Notes: generated by a model from the sequence alone, not told the origin. Counted from the first letter of the stretch, positions 17,857 to 33,991 are shown. The stretch: 37,695 bases of DNA from Acidobacteriota bacterium (GCA_003224075.1 QHYF01000013.1:1-37695); one strand, 5' to 3'. Numbers and translations are program-made.

Positions 17857-17898
17857 GAGTCGGGAAACGCTCGGAGAGCGCACTTGAATTGAGGATCT

Positions 17899-18177
17899 AT
17901 GGCTACGCGGACGGTGAAAATGAGCAGCGATGAATCTCAGAGTGGAACAGGCTCTGAGCTGACGAAGAAGGTTACGGGTACCGTCGCCAATGCTCGTGAA
18001 TTTCTACACGACGTTCGCGTAGAGATGAAGCAAGTGACCTGGCCGAGCCGGGAAGACGTGGTTGCGACGACCTGGGTGGTGGTCGCTACGGTAGCGTTCT
18101 TCGGAGTCTTCCTGTGGCTCGTCGATTTGGGCGTGCAGCGTGGCGTGCAATACATCTTCAAGAAATTTGGCATCTGA
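17899..18177 (+). CDS. secE: Preprotein translocase subunit SecE
   Basis: EFLHDVRVEMKQVTWPSREDV followed by a single TM; SD GAGG. Confidence 0.95.
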   Translation: MATRTVKMSSDESQSGTGSELTKKVTGTVANAREFLHDVRVEMKQVTWPSREDVVATTWVVVATVAFFGVFLWLVDLGVQRGVQYIFKKFGI

Positions 18178-18193
18178 AGAGGACCAGAGATCG

Positions 18194-18727
18194 ATGGGAA
18201 TGCAGTGGTACATCATCCATACGTACTCGGGCTTTGAGAAGAAAGTCAAAGAAAGCCTGGAGAGCCGCGTGGCCGCGTTCAGCCTTCAGGACAAGATCGG
18301 CCGCGTGTTGATCCCGATGGAGGAAGTGGTCGAAGTGCGTGGTGGCAAGAAGGTGGTTTCGTCGCGCATGTCTTATCCCGGGTACGTTCTTGTCGAGATG
18401 GATCTTGACGAAAACACCTGGCACATCGTGCGCTCCACGCCGCGCGTTACCGGATTCGTCGGTTCGGCGACCTCACCGTCGCCGCTGAGCGAAGCGGAAG
18501 TGGACGGAATCATCAATCGCGTCCACACCCCGCAGGACCGCCCGAAGCCGAAAGTGATCTTCGAGCGCAACGAGCAGGTGCGCATCGTGGATGGCCCCTT
18601 TGCGAATTTCAACGGCAGCGTCGAAGAGATCGACAACGATCACAGCCGTTTGAAGGTTTCAGTTACGATTTTTGGCCGCTCGACGCCAGTAGAGCTGGAT
18701 TTTGCGAGCGTCGAAAAGCTGGGATAA
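18194..18727 (+). CDS. nusG: Transcription factor NusG
   Basis: WYIIHTYSGFEKKV, PGYVLVEM, KOW VRIVDGPFANFNG, VTIFGRSTPVELDF; start at 18194 or 18200. Confidence 0.97.
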   Translation: MGMQWYIIHTYSGFEKKVKESLESRVAAFSLQDKIGRVLIPMEEVVEVRGGKKVVSSRMSYPGYVLVEMDLDENTWHIVRSTPRVTGFVGSATSPSPLSEAEVDGIINRVHTPQDRPKPKVIFERNEQVRIVDGPFANFNGSVEEIDNDHSRLKVSVTIFGRSTPVELDFASVEKLG

Positions 18728-18769
18728 GCCGCGCAAGACGCGAGATTGAAAAGAGGTTGAGGCAGGGAC

Positions 18770-19201
18770 ATGGCAAAAAAGATTCAGACCACTATCAAGC
18801 TGCAGTTGCCCGCAGGTAAAGCCACGCCGGCGCCGCCGGTCGGCACCGCGCTTGGCCCGCACGGCTTGAACATCATGGATTTTTGCAAGCAGTTCAACAC
18901 CAAGACAGCCAAGGAACCGGACGGGATGATTTTTCCAGTGCTGGTGACGGTTTACACCGACCGCACGTTCACTTTCATCTTGAAGACGCCGCCGGCTTCA
19001 GTGCTGCTGAAGCGCGCCGCGAACATCGCGAAAGGTTCCGCGGAGCCGAATCGCAACAAAGTTGGGAAGGTTACGAGGAGGCAAGTCGAGGAAATTGCGA
19101 AGATCAAGCTTGTCGATCTCAACACCACCAACCTGGAGTCAGCGATGCGCACTGTAATGGGTACGGCGCGCAACATGGGCCTGGAAGTCGTGGAAGCCTA
19201 G
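18770..19201 (+). CDS. rplK: 50S ribosomal protein L11
   Basis: [43 protein letters not shown]. Confidence 0.98.
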   Translation: MAKKIQTTIKLQLPAGKATPAPPVGTALGPHGLNIMDFCKQFNTKTAKEPDGMIFPVLVTVYTDRTFTFILKTPPASVLLKRAANIAKGSAEPNRNKVGKVTRRQVEEIAKIKLVDLNTTNLESAMRTVMGTARNMGLEVVEA

Positions 19202-19236
19202 AAGTTCAGGCGCTGCGGGATCGAAGGGGAGCAGGA

Positions 19237-19947
19237 ATGGCAAAGAAGTCGGGAAAACACGTGGAGAACGCGCGCAAGAAGGTGGAGGTGCGACCGTACA
19301 AGCTCGGCGAAGCCGCCGAGCTTTTGAAAAAGACTCATCACACGAAGTTCAACGAAACGGTGGAGCTGGCCATCAATTTGGGCGTGGACCCAAAGCATTC
19401 CGACCAGGTCGTTCGCGGCACGGTGGGCCTGCCCAATGGGCTTGGCAAGACTGTGCGTGTGCTGGTCATTGCCGGAGGAGAAAAAGTCCGCGAAGCGCAG
19501 GTCGCCGGGGCGGATTTTGTCGGCGGTGATGACATCGTCCAGAAGATCATGGAAGGCTGGACGGATTACGATGCCGTGATCGCTACGCCAGACATGATGC
19601 GCTCTGCCGGTAAGCTTGGCAAGGTGCTGGGGCCGCGGGGGCTGATGCCCAACCCGAAAATCGGCACGGTCACTTTCGATGTCGCGAAGGCGATCAAGGA
19701 AGTCAAGGCCGGCAAAGTGGAATTTCGTGTGGACAAGGCCGGGATCGTGCACTGCCCAATCGGCAAAATCCAGTTTGACGCCGCTAAGCTCGCGGAAAAC
19801 GCGCACGCGGTCATCGAAGCCGTGGTGAAAGCCAAGCCGGCTGCGGCCAAGGGCAAATACGTCAAGAAAATCACACTGACCTCGACCATGGGTCCGGGCA
19901 TCACCATCGACCTGGCCGAAGCGGAAGCGATGGCCGCCGCCGCGTAA
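19237..19947 (+). CDS. rplA: 50S ribosomal protein L1
   Basis: [46 protein letters not shown]; ATG 19237 preceded by GGAG. Confidence 0.98.
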   Translation: MAKKSGKHVENARKKVEVRPYKLGEAAELLKKTHHTKFNETVELAINLGVDPKHSDQVVRGTVGLPNGLGKTVRVLVIAGGEKVREAQVAGADFVGGDDIVQKIMEGWTDYDAVIATPDMMRSAGKLGKVLGPRGLMPNPKIGTVTFDVAKAIKEVKAGKVEFRVDKAGIVHCPIGKIQFDAAKLAENAHAVIEAVVKAKPAAAKGKYVKKITLTSTMGPGITIDLAEAEAMAAAA

Positions 19948-19977
19948 TTGAGCGGGCCAAGCCAGCGGAGCAAAACG

Positions 19978-20544
19978 ATGAAGAAGCGCAGCGAAAAACA
20001 GCAGGACCTCGACAAGCTCAAGACCGAGCTTGCCAGAGTATCAACCGTCATTCTCTCGACCTTCCAGGGCATCACCGTCGAAGCCGACACCAAGCTCCGC
20101 CGAGCCGTACAGGCTGCGGGCGGCAAATACAAGGTTGTAAAGAACACGCTAGCGGAGCGCGCCGGCGTCGGCACGCCGGCGGAGAGCTTGCTCAAGAATC
20201 TGAGCGGCACGAATTCCATCGCCTACACCGCAGCCGACCCGGTCGCGCTGGCGAAGGCGCTCACGAAAATTGCCAAGGACGTCCCGGCGTTCCAGTTCAA
20301 GTCCGGAATGGTCGAGGGCCGCGTCATCTCCATCGCGGAGATTCAGCAGCTTGCGAATCTCTCGTCGAAGGACGAGCTCATCAGCAAGATCATGTTCCTG
20401 CTGAACGCTCCGGCGCAGCGCATCGCCATGGCCCTGAATGCATTGCCGCGAAACCTGGCCGTGACGGTCAGCGAAGCCATCAAGGCCGGCAAGTTTGGGT
20501 CCGGCGAGGACGGCGCAGCACCTGCTCCCGAAGCGGCCCAGTAA
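19978..20544 (+). CDS. rplJ: 50S ribosomal protein L10
   Basis: [29 protein letters not shown]; position between rplA and rplL. Confidence 0.96.
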   Translation: MKKRSEKQQDLDKLKTELARVSTVILSTFQGITVEADTKLRRAVQAAGGKYKVVKNTLAERAGVGTPAESLLKNLSGTNSIAYTAADPVALAKALTKIAKDVPAFQFKSGMVEGRVISIAEIQQLANLSSKDELISKIMFLLNAPAQRIAMALNALPRNLAVTVSEAIKAGKFGSGEDGAAPAPEAAQ

Positions 20545-20580
20545 GTTTACTTTTTTGAATTGAGAGGAGAAGAAAGAGTC

Positions 20581-20967
20581 ATGTCGAAAGTCGATACGAT
20601 CCTGGACGAAATCAAGGGGCTGACGCTGCTGGAAGCTTCCGAGCTCGTGAAGAAAATGGAAGAAACCTTCGGCGTCTCCGCGGCTGCGGCCACCGTGGTG
20701 TCTGCCGGCGGCGGTGGCGGAGCGGTGGCGGGCGGCGGGTCACCGGCAGAAGAGAAGACGGAATTCACCGTCGTGCTGACGGACGTCGGCGGCAACAAGA
20801 TCAACGTTATCAAGGCAGTCCGCGAAGTCACGAGCCTCGGCCTCAAGGAAGCCAAGGACCTGGTGGATGGCGCCCCCAAGACCGTCAAGGAAGGCGTCAA
20901 CAAAGACGAGGCTGCGGCGATCAAGAAGAAGTTCGAAGACGCTGGCGCCAAGGTGGAGATCAAGTAG
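20581..20967 (+). CDS. rplL: 50S ribosomal protein L7/L12
   Basis: [49 protein letters not shown]. Confidence 0.98.
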   Translation: MSKVDTILDEIKGLTLLEASELVKKMEETFGVSAAAATVVSAGGGGGAVAGGGSPAEEKTEFTVVLTDVGGNKINVIKAVREVTSLGLKEAKDLVDGAPKTVKEGVNKDEAAAIKKKFEDAGAKVEIK

Positions 20968-21236
20968 TTGGTGGCCCTCGCCTGGCCGGGGGTTCACCTG
21001 AATTGTTGCGGTGGAGTTTTTCGAGCGGGGACGCTGCGCAAGCAAGCGGGCGGGCCGCGCCAAAGGAATTCGCGTACGCAATTCGAGGCCGGTACTTGGT
21101 ACGGAGTCATGGGCCCTTTTCGGGCCCCCCGCAGCCGTGTGCGCATCGATCCCGGGCAGATCGTATGGCGCCGCGGTAAACCGTCCTTTCAGTCTCTCTC
21201 CGTTTTTTGCCCGAAAAGGAAGAGGTAGAAACACAA

Positions 21237-25670
<4,434 letters not shown>

Positions 25671-25687
25671 TTCGGCATTTCCCCAGT

Positions 25688-25720
25688 GGGAGCTCTCCGA
25701 CCTGGTCGGAGCGCCCTTAC
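25688..25720. repeat. Hairpin / REP-like element between rpoB and rpoC
   Basis: CTCCGAC-CTG-GTCGGAG core flanked by GGGAGC...GCGCCC; minus strand begins GTAAGGGCG. Confidence 0.5.
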
Positions 25721-25833
25721 AGGGCAACGAATGGATGAGTTTGTAGTTTGCGTAGTTGGGTTCTCAGCCGGTTCGGTGCAAAACACATCGGACCGCGGCC
25801 CGCGCCGCAAGACGCGGGAGGGAGGAAACAACC

Positions 25834-28800
25834 TTGTATCGCAGCAGCCCCTATGATCGCGCCAGCTTGATCGCTGATTTTGATTCCATCCGCATCAGCC
25901 TGGCGAGTCCAGAAAAAATTCGGTCTTGGTCCCACGGTGAAGTCACCAAGCCGGAGACCATCAACTACCGCACGTTCAAGCCCGAGCGCGACGGCCTTTT
26001 CTGCGCCAAGATTTTTGGGCCCGTCACCGACTGGGAATGCCTGTGCGGCAAATACAAGCGGATGAAGCATCGCGGCGTTATCTGCGATAAGTGCGGCGTC
26101 GAAGTCACCCTCAGCAAAGTACGCCGCGAACGCCTCGGCCACATCGAGCTGGCTTCGCCTTGCTCGCACGTCTGGTTCTTCAAGGGTCTGCCGAGCCGCA
26201 TCGGCTACTTGCTGGACATTTCCATGCGCGATCTCGAGCGCATCCTGTACTTCGAAGCCTTCGTCGTCGTGGATCCCGGCGAGGTCGCCATTCTCCGCGA
26301 GCGGGAAGTTCTGCTCGAAGAAAAATACCGCGAACTGCAGAAGGAATATCCCGGCCAGTTCACCGCCAAGATGGGCGCGGAAGCCATCAAGGAGCTTCTC
26401 CGCCGCGTGGAAGTGGACAAGCTCTCTGAGGAGCTCCGCGAGAAGATGAAGGCGGATCCGTCTCTTCAGAAGCGCATTAAGTATGCCAAGCGTTTGAAAG
26501 TGCTCGAAGCCTTCCGCAAGAGCGGCAACAAGCCGGAGTGGATGATTCTCGACGTGATTCCGGTTCTTCCGCCGGAGTTGCGCCCGCTGGTGCCCTTGGA
26601 CGGCGGCCGCTTCGCCACCTCCGACCTCAACGACCTCTATCGCCGCGTCATCAACCGCAATAATCGGTTGAAGAAGCTGATGGAACTCCGTGCGCCGGAT
26701 GTCATCGTGCGCAACGAAAAGCGCATGCTGCAGGAAGCCGTGGACGCGCTGTTCGATAACGGCCGCCGTGGCCGAGTTCTGCGCGGAACGAACAACCGCC
26801 CGCTCAAGTCCCTCAGCGATACGCTAAAGGGCAAACAGGGCCGTTTCCGCCAGAACCTGCTCGGCAAGCGCGTGGACTATTCCGGGCGTTCGGTCATCGT
26901 CGTGGGTCCCGAGCTGAAGCTCAACCAGTGCGGTTTGCCGAAAAAGATGGCGCTCGAGCTCTTCAAGCCCTTCATCTATCACAAGCTCGAAGCTCAGGGT
27001 CACTGCACGACCATCAAGCAAGCCAAGGAGATGGTCGAGCAGCAGGAGCCTGTCGTATGGGACATTCTCGAGGACGTCATCCGCGAGCATCCAGTTCTCT
27101 TGAATCGCGCTCCAACCCTTCACCGCCTCGGCATTCAGGCGTTCGAACCGACGTTGGTCGAAGGCAAGGCCATCCGCATTCACCCGCTCGTCTGCACCGC
27201 GTTCAACGCGGACTTCGACGGCGACCAGATGGCCGTGCACATTCCGCTCTCACCGGAATCACAGGTCGAAGCGACGGTGCTGATGCTCAGCTCGCGCAAC
27301 ATTCTGTCGCCCGCGCATGGCCTGCCTCTCGCCGTACCGTCGCAGGACATGGTTCTCGGTATCTATTACCTGACCAAGTCTAAGCCCGGCGCAAAGGGCG
27401 AAGGCCGCGTCTTCGGCGCCACCGACGAAGTGATTCTCGCGCTCGAAGCCGGCGAAGTTGAACTGCTCACACCGATCCGTCTGCGCTTCACCGGCGAAGT
27501 CATCGATCTCATCACCGCGTACGACAATCAGGACGTCACGCACACCGAGCCCGTGAAGATGGAGAGGCAGTTCATTCAGACGACCGTCGGCCGCGTCATT
27601 TTCAATTCGCATTTGCCGGAAAAATTTCCCTACGTGAACGGTCTCCTCAAAAAGAAGGGTGTTCAGCAGCTCGTCTATTACGCCTACTTGCGTTTCGGGC
27701 TCGAAGACACTGTCGTCCTCCTTGATCACCTGAAGGCCCTGGGATTCACCTATGCCACCAAGTCCGGCATCTCGATCGGGATCGACGACATGTTCATCCC
27801 GAGCGACAAGTACAAGCTCGTCGATACCGCCGAAAAGGAAGGCGTCAAGGTCCAGCAGCAGTATCTTGACGGCGCCATCACCAACAGCGAGCGCTACAAT
27901 AAGGTCATCGCTATCTGGGGCGACGTCACCGAAAAAGTCGCCGACGAAATGTTCAGGTCCCTCGAGAACCAGGACAAAGAGGGCAACATCAATCCCGTCT
28001 ACGTCATGGCGGACTCCGGCGCACGCGGATCGAAACAGCAGATCCGCCAGCTCTCCGGCATGCGCGGCTTGATGGCCAAGCCGTCCGGCGAAGTCATCGA
28101 GACACCCATCACTTCCAACTTCCGCGAAGGCCTGACCGTGCTGGAATACTTCATCTCCACGCACGGCGCGCGCAAGGGCTTGGCCGATACCGCGCTCAAG
28201 ACCGCTGATTCCGGCTACCTGACCCGCCGTCTCGTCGACGTTGCTCAGGACGTGATCATCAACGAACGCGACTGCGGCACGAGCGACGGCATTTACGTCG
28301 AGCCCATCGTCGAAGCCGGCGTCGAAGTCGAGCCGCTGCGCGATCGCATCGTTGGGCGCGTTTCGCTCGATAAGATCAAGGACTTCGAGGGCACGGTCAT
28401 CGTGGACGTGAACCAGGAAATCACCGAAGAGCTTGCGAACCAGGTGCAAGCTGCCGGCATCGAGCGCGTGCGCATCCGTTCCGTGCTCACCTGTGAATCC
28501 CGTCGTGGTGTTTGCGCTCTCTGTTACGGCCGCAACCTTGCCACTGGCCGCATGGTCGAGCTCGGCGAAGCCGTCGGCGTCATTGCCGCGCAGTCCATCG
28601 GTGAACCCGGCACGCAGCTCACCATGCGCACGTTCCACATCGGTGGAACCGCCACTCGCGTTTCCGAGCGCTCCACGCTCGAAGCGCGCAACAACGGTGT
28701 GGTCAAGTTCGTGGACCTCAAGTTCGTCGAGGGCCGCGGGGGCACCTCCATCGCCATGAACCGCGCCGGCCTCATCGCCATCGTCGATGAAAAGAGCCGC

Positions 28801-30036
28801 GAGAAGGAGCGCTACCACGTCGTTTACGGCGCGCGCCTGCGCGTTCAGGACGGTGAGCACGTCACCCATGGCCAGATCCTTGCCGAATGGGATCCGTTCA
28901 CCTTCTCGATCCTGACTGAAACGGCTGGCTCCGTGAAGTTTGACGACCTCCGCCCCGGCTTCACCATCGAAGAGCAAGTCGATGATGTCACCGGCCTGTC
29001 GCAGCTCGTGGTCACGCTGCCCCCTGGCGACGAAAAGCATCAGCCCGCGATCCTCGTACGCGATTCATCCGGCAAGGTCCGTAAAAAGTACCTCATGCCG
29101 TCCCGTGCTCACCTGATGGTGCAGGATGGCGATGACGTACAGGCCGGTGACGTGTTGGCGAAGATCCCTCGCGAGACCACCAAGACCAAAGACATCACCG
29201 GGGGCCTCCCGCGCGTTGTCGAGTTGTTTGAGACCCGCAAGCCGAGAGACCCTGCGGTCATCAGCGAGATCGACGGTGCCGTTCGCTACGGCGAAATCGC
29301 CAAGGGCATGCGCAAAATCTACGTCGAGAGCGAGGATGGCAAAACCACGAAGGAATATTCCATCCCGCGGGGTGTGCACATCAACGTTCAGGAAGGCGAC
29401 CACGTCAAGGCCGGCGAAGCCCTCATCGACGGCCCGCTCAACCTGCACGACTTGCTCGCCGTCCTGGGAGAAAAGTTCACGCAATCGTACCTAGTCAATG
29501 CCATCCAGGAGGTTTACCGCCTCCAGGGCGTGAACATCAACGACAAGCACATCGAGACCATCGCACGGCAAATGATGCGCTGGGTCAAGGTCGAGGATGT
29601 CGGCGACACCTCGTTCCTTCTCGAGGAGCAGGTGGACAAGTTCCGCTTCCGCGAGGAAAACGATGAGGTGCTGAAGCGGGGTGGCCGCCCGGCAACGGGC
29701 CGTCCGCTCCTTCTCGGCATCACCAAGGCGTCGCTCTCGACCGATTCGTTCATTTCCGCTGCGAGCTTCCAGGAAACGACTCGCGTGCTCACGGAAGCTG
29801 CCGTCGCCGGCAAGGTCGACTATCTCCGTGGGCTCAAGGAAAACGTCATCATGGGCCGCCTTATCCCCGCTGGGACGGGCCTCGAGCACTACCGCAGCAT
29901 TCAGTTGTTGACGGAAATGCCCGCGCCTGTTCCGCTCGAGGAGATTCCGGAGGCCGCCGAGCTCACCGCTGAAGAAGCGGCCGCGCTCGACTTCCTCCAG
30001 AAGGACACCGAAGCCGACGCTGCCGCGGAGGGTTAG
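25834..30036 (+). CDS. rpoC: DNA-directed RNA polymerase beta' subunit (TTG start)
   Basis: SD GGAGG 8 nt before TTG 25834; [12 protein letters not shown]...CDKCG, NADFDGD catalytic motif, [16 protein letters not shown] with trigger-loop insertion, SAASFQET. Confidence 0.99.
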   Translation: MYRSSPYDRASLIADFDSIRISLASPEKIRSWSHGEVTKPETINYRTFKPERDGLFCAKIFGPVTDWECLCGKYKRMKHRGVICDKCGVEVTLSKVRRERLGHIELASPCSHVWFFKGLPSRIGYLLDISMRDLERILYFEAFVVVDPGEVAILREREVLLEEKYRELQKEYPGQFTAKMGAEAIKELLRRVEVDKLSEELREKMKADPSLQKRIKYAKRLKVLEAFRKSGNKPEWMILDVIPVLPPELRPLVPLDGGRFATSDLNDLYRRVINRNNRLKKLMELRAPDVIVRNEKRMLQEAVDALFDNGRRGRVLRGTNNRPLKSLSDTLKGKQGRFRQNLLGKRVDYSGRSVIVVGPELKLNQCGLPKKMALELFKPFIYHKLEAQGHCTTIKQAKEMVEQQEPVVWDILEDVIREHPVLLNRAPTLHRLGIQAFEPTLVEGKAIRIHPLVCTAFNADFDGDQMAVHIPLSPESQVEATVLMLSSRNILSPAHGLPLAVPSQDMVLGIYYLTKSKPGAKGEGRVFGATDEVILALEAGEVELLTPIRLRFTGEVIDLITAYDNQDVTHTEPVKMERQFIQTTVGRVIFNSHLPEKFPYVNGLLKKKGVQQLVYYAYLRFGLEDTVVLLDHLKALGFTYATKSGISIGIDDMFIPSDKYKLVDTAEKEGVKVQQQYLDGAITNSERYNKVIAIWGDVTEKVADEMFRSLENQDKEGNINPVYVMADSGARGSKQQIRQLSGMRGLMAKPSGEVIETPITSNFREGLTVLEYFISTHGARKGLADTALKTADSGYLTRRLVDVAQDVIINERDCGTSDGIYVEPIVEAGVEVEPLRDRIVGRVSLDKIKDFEGTVIVDVNQEITEELANQVQAAGIERVRIRSVLTCESRRGVCALCYGRNLATGRMVELGEAVGVIAAQSIGEPGTQLTMRTFHIGGTATRVSERSTLEARNNGVVKFVDLKFVEGRGGTSIAMNRAGLIAIVDEKSREKERYHVVYGARLRVQDGEHVTHGQILAEWDPFTFSILTETAGSVKFDDLRPGFTIEEQVDDVTGLSQLVVTLPPGDEKHQPAILVRDSSGKVRKKYLMPSRAHLMVQDGDDVQAGDVLAKIPRETTKTKDITGGLPRVVELFETRKPRDPAVISEIDGAVRYGEIAKGMRKIYVESEDGKTTKEYSIPRGVHINVQEGDHVKAGEALIDGPLNLHDLLAVLGEKFTQSYLVNAIQEVYRLQGVNINDKHIETIARQMMRWVKVEDVGDTSFLLEEQVDKFRFREENDEVLKRGGRPATGRPLLLGITKASLSTDSFISAASFQETTRVLTEAAVAGKVDYLRGLKENVIMGRLIPAGTGLEHYRSIQLLTEMPAPVPLEEIPEAAELTAEEAAALDFLQKDTEADAAAEG

Positions 30037-30061
30037 CCCTCCGACGTGTGGGAAACAAGCT

Positions 30062-30100
30062 AAACGGCGTCCCGGTTGCGATCGGGACGCCGTTTTCATT
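30062..30100 (+). terminator. Rho-independent terminator after rpoC
   Basis: 13-bp stem AAACGGCGTCCCG / CGGGACGCCGTTT ending in TTTTCATT. Confidence 0.85.
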
Positions 30101-30150
30101 GTGCGCAACCGGTACCGGTGTCCTTCAGGAACTTCCGATTGTCGCTTCCA

Positions 30151-30180
30151 TTGCTGAAATGCAGTTGGAATTCCTAAAAT
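30151..30180 (+). promoter_or_regulatory. Possible sigma70 promoter for the histidine kinase
   Basis: TTGCTG - 18 nt - TAAAAT, downstream of the rpoC terminator. Confidence 0.35.
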
Positions 30181-30239
30181 AAACAGGATGCGCATTACCG
30201 ACGGATGCTCGGCAATCATGCGGGGTTCCGCCTAATTTC

Positions 30240-32894
30240 ATGTTCAACGAAGACCACACAGACCAGCGCCCGACCGGCGATTCCTCACGGAGCGCTCATA
30301 GCCACTCCGTGATTTCCTCCCGCTTCGAACAGTTTGAAAAGCGGCAGGGCGAGCTTTGGCGGCTAACCCTCCTTGTCCTTTTTCTCCTTGGGCTGGCTTA
30401 CGCCTGGACATCCTGGGATTCCATCCGTTCTCTTGCGCACCGCTTCGAAGCCTTGCCGATCGGTCTCGTCATCCTGGTGATCCTCTTTACCCTTTACACG
30501 TGGAAAAAGACCCAGGAGATCTCCGAGCTGCGAGGCCTGATGCGTGGCCTGGAACAGCACGAGGTAGTCGCACCAAGCGACAGGCAACTCGATCAGCTAT
30601 TCGAAATCATCTCCCGGTCCCAACAGGGCTATCGCGACCTGATCGACTCTTTCGATGATGTGTTGCTGGCGCTCTCGCTCGACGGCCAGGTTCGCGCTGT
30701 CAACCGCAGCTTTTCCGATCTCGTGGCGACGCCTTTCCAGCAGATTATCGGTCGGCCCCTGAGCGAGTTTGTGCAGGATGGCAGTGGTGAAGGACCGGAG
30801 CTCGTGAAACGCGCGATGCCCCGTTTCCTTGAGCGCCGCCAATGGTCCGGGGTTGTCCAGGTGCGCCTGAAGAGTCACACCGCGGTGTTTTACTTCGACT
30901 GTGTCGCCCACGCCATGATGCGCGACGACCAAATCCATGGCGTCACCGTCCTTGCGCGCGATATATCCGCCCTCCGTAGGAACGAAGCACGTTTCACCGA
31001 ATTGTTTGAGTCGCTCCAGGAAGGCATCTACATCACTACGCCCGAGGGGACCATCTTGGACGCCAATCCCGCCCTAGTGCGCATGCTCGGCTATGATTCC
31101 AAGGAGGAGTTGCTGAAAAGACAGGTCCCTGAGATTTTTGTCGACCGCGCCGAGCGGAAAATCGTCAAGGAGCAGGTTGAGCGCCAGCCGATGATGCAGG
31201 GCCGGGAAATTACGTTAGTCCGCAGGGATGGCACCTCGATTGTTTGTCTGAACACCGCTGGCGCTGTTCGAGATAACGCCGGCCGCGTGGTGCGCTACCA
31301 GGGATCGCTCCTGGACGTTACCGAGCGGCGTGAGATGGAACGCCGCCTCCACCAACAACAGGAATTTGCCCGGCGTCTTGTCGACAACTTCCCCGATCTC
31401 ATCTTGGTGCTCGACACCGCCGCTCATTACACGTTTGTCAGCCCTCGCTGCAAAGAGGTCCTCGGGTACGACGTTGAAGAATTGCAAGACATGGAATTTG
31501 GCGGCCGCACGCACCCCGAGGACTTACCGGCTGCCCTGACACTTTACCGGGACATCGTCGCCGGCAAGCAAACTTTCGCCTCACTGGAAGTTCGCGTACG
31601 CCACAAACAGGGCGATTGGCGCCGCGTCCGATTCAATTTCAGTCCGCTTTGCAACGAAAAAGGGGAAATCGAGGGGGTGGTTCTCTCCGGCCGCGACGTG
31701 ACCGACCTCAAGCGTCTCGAGGAGCAGCTCATCCAGGCGGAAAAACTAGCGGCCATGGGGCAGATGCTCGCTGGTGTCGCCCATGAATTGAACAATCCTC
31801 TCACGGCGATCCTCGGTGTTACCGAACTTCTCCGCGAACGCGAGGGAACCGATGACTCCAGCAAGCGCCAGTTGGATCTTACGCACCGGCAGGCCCGGCG
31901 CGCCGCGCGCATCGTCCAGAATCTTCTCGAATTCTCGCGCCCTGCTTCGCCCCAGAAAAGACCGCTCGACGTCAATAGCCTCCTCGAGCGAACCCTCCAG
32001 TTGCACGAACATTCGCTTCGCCGCAACAACATCGCCGTGGATTTCCGCCCGCAGCCTGATCTTCCCGGCGTGATCGGCGACGCCAACCAGCTTATCCAGG
32101 TTTTTCTGAATCTTGTCACCAACGCCGAGCAGGCCATCCAGGAAATCCGCGACACCGGCCGCATCCAAATCCGTCCCAGTCACAACGATAATCGCGTTAT
32201 GATCACCGTTCAGGATGACGGCATCGGCATCCGCGCGGAAGCGCTTCCGCGCATCTTTGATCCCTTCTACACCACGAAGCGCCCCGGTGGCGGCACCGGC
32301 CTCGGCCTCAGCATCTGCATGTCCATCATTCGTGAGCACGGCGGGAACATCGAGGCCGAAACACTTCCCGCTGGCGGCTCCGCCTTCACGATCTATCTGC
32401 CAGTCGCACCCACTCAGCAGCCAGAGAAGCTTCCCGATCCTTCGCATGCCGGCCTCGTATCATCGGAAGGCGTCAGGCCGCCAGCCGATTCTCTCAAGGG
32501 TCGTGCCGTTCTCGTCCTCGATGACGAAGAAAGCCTTCGCATGCTTCTCCAGGAAGGCCTCTCTGCCCAAGGCTTGCGGGTAGATTGTGCGGCTACCATC
32601 GAAGAAGCCCTCGCCCAGGTCAGGCGCTCCAGCTACGACGTGCTGCTCTGCGATTTGCACCTTTCTCCGGGTGGCTTCGCGACGGAAGGGCGAGACGCCT
32701 CCAGCCACCTCCTAGAAGCTGCCGGGGCGCAAAAGCCCGTCTTGATCTACATGACCGGGGATTTGATTGAAACGGCCCAGGGAACATCCAATCGCAGTGA
32801 ACCTTTCTGCTTGCAAAAGCCCTTCCACACCTCTGATGTGCTCGACATATTGCGGGAGGTCCTCTCGTCCCCCGCCGGGACACGGCACGGTTAG
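30240..32894 (+). CDS. Membrane-bound hybrid sensor histidine kinase (2 TM, 3 PAS, HisKA, HATPase, REC)
   Basis: PAS ends RDISA, LDVTE, RDVTD; H-box AHELNNPL; N-box NLVTNA; G1 DDGIG; F PFYTTK; G2 GTGLGL; receiver VLVLDDE...LLCD...MTG...KPF. Confidence 0.94.
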   Translation: MFNEDHTDQRPTGDSSRSAHSHSVISSRFEQFEKRQGELWRLTLLVLFLLGLAYAWTSWDSIRSLAHRFEALPIGLVILVILFTLYTWKKTQEISELRGLMRGLEQHEVVAPSDRQLDQLFEIISRSQQGYRDLIDSFDDVLLALSLDGQVRAVNRSFSDLVATPFQQIIGRPLSEFVQDGSGEGPELVKRAMPRFLERRQWSGVVQVRLKSHTAVFYFDCVAHAMMRDDQIHGVTVLARDISALRRNEARFTELFESLQEGIYITTPEGTILDANPALVRMLGYDSKEELLKRQVPEIFVDRAERKIVKEQVERQPMMQGREITLVRRDGTSIVCLNTAGAVRDNAGRVVRYQGSLLDVTERREMERRLHQQQEFARRLVDNFPDLILVLDTAAHYTFVSPRCKEVLGYDVEELQDMEFGGRTHPEDLPAALTLYRDIVAGKQTFASLEVRVRHKQGDWRRVRFNFSPLCNEKGEIEGVVLSGRDVTDLKRLEEQLIQAEKLAAMGQMLAGVAHELNNPLTAILGVTELLREREGTDDSSKRQLDLTHRQARRAARIVQNLLEFSRPASPQKRPLDVNSLLERTLQLHEHSLRRNNIAVDFRPQPDLPGVIGDANQLIQVFLNLVTNAEQAIQEIRDTGRIQIRPSHNDNRVMITVQDDGIGIRAEALPRIFDPFYTTKRPGGGTGLGLSICMSIIREHGGNIEAETLPAGGSAFTIYLPVAPTQQPEKLPDPSHAGLVSSEGVRPPADSLKGRAVLVLDDEESLRMLLQEGLSAQGLRVDCAATIEEALAQVRRSSYDVLLCDLHLSPGGFATEGRDASSHLLEAAGAQKPVLIYMTGDLIETAQGTSNRSEPFCLQKPFHTSDVLDILREVLSSPAGTRHG

Positions 32895-32995
32895 ACTTAG
32901 ATAAGCGAAGATTCTTTTTCTTTCCGTTTTCTCCGGCTTTACACCCAGGGCAGCAGGATTCGCCCGCCTCTGAGTTCTCCCTGCTTTCCGCGAAT

Positions 32996-33991
32996 TCAGT
33001 GATCGTTTTTCTTTTTCGGAGGCGTCGTGGGTTTCACGCCCGTGGTGGGGTCCACTCCAAAGTCCCACACGAACAGGTTCATGCCGTCCGGCAAAATCTC
33101 GGCAAGCGCGTATTCACCTGGCGGGAGAGGTTCGCTCAACGTGAAACGAAAGACAGTTGGCGCAATTTCCCAGCGTTGGATCGAAATCGTAGCGCGTTTC
33201 TCCTCCATTTGCTCTCCGAACAGGCTCCTAATCGATTCCAACTGCCGCTTATTGCTTTTCACCGTTGCCCGCACGAGTTCCACTTCTGGTCCCGATTCTC
33301 CCGGCCGGCTGCTCTTCACGATTGGCGTGGTACGGTCCGGATCGGGCGGCGCCTCGCGCAGGTAAAACTCCACCTGCGCGTTCGTCACCCGGGTCTTGGC
33401 CTTCGGACCTGGGATTTCTACGTTGCGTTTGCTTGGCACGATCGGGATGGGCGAAAGCACCTGCTTGAGAAACTGTTTCTTATCCGTCTTGACCTCCGAG
33501 CCCACCTGCTCCAGGGGCGCTACGTATTTTCCTTCGACCACGAACATTCCTTCTCCCGGCGGCAAGAAAACCCCTGGCGCCACTTGGAGGCTTGCATCCA
33601 CATCCATGACTGTTTCAATTCTCTGAGCTTGCTCCTGCGTGTGGATCTTCTGGGCGAGTGCATCTTCCTCGCTTTGTTCTGCCGCCTCGGCCTTCGCCGT
33701 CGCATCCCAATCCACCATGGCGGCAGGGATCTCTTCCCAATCGCCTCGTTCAGCGCTGTAATAGCGGACCCGTTCCCCGCTTCGCTTATAGCTTCGGACC
33801 AACTGAAACGTTCCGTCCTTCAGAACGAGCTTCTTTCCCCGCGGCAGTACGGGCATTCCCGTCTGCGACTCCTTGTTCGTACTTTGCGCCGGAGCGACGG
33901 ATTGCTCCTTCTGGGGAGGGGTACTGCCTGGGATGCACGTCAGAAGAGCGACGCAATAGATTGGAGTGAAGTTCTTGGACGATCCCGTCAT
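32996..33991 (-). CDS. Hypothetical exported protein
   Basis: 331-aa ORF; short hydrophobic N-terminus, low-complexity linker, LVLKDGTFQLVRSY...WEEIP domain and C-terminal beta-rich domain ending PGEYAL...VWDFGVD; exact start uncertain. Confidence 0.78.
   Translation of the reverse strand: MTGSSKNFTPIYCVALLTCIPGSTPPQKEQSVAPAQSTNKESQTGMPVLPRGKKLVLKDGTFQLVRSYKRSGERVRYYSAERGDWEEIPAAMVDWDATAKAEAAEQSEEDALAQKIHTQEQAQRIETVMDVDASLQVAPGVFLPPGEGMFVVEGKYVAPLEQVGSEVKTDKKQFLKQVLSPIPIVPSKRNVEIPGPKAKTRVTNAQVEFYLREAPPDPDRTTPIVKSSRPGESGPEVELVRATVKSNKRQLESIRSLFGEQMEEKRATISIQRWEIAPTVFRFTLSEPLPPGEYALAEILPDGMNLFVWDFGVDPTTGVKPTTPPKKKNDH

Noticed and set aside
18883-19236. Apparent 118-aa N-terminal extension of L1 in the ORF track (similar extensions for RpoC, GatC, M23, ThiL)
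   Set aside because: Produced by the ORF caller taking the farthest upstream start; the L1 extension overlaps rplK, and family N-termini plus SD positions (where present) support the shorter starts.
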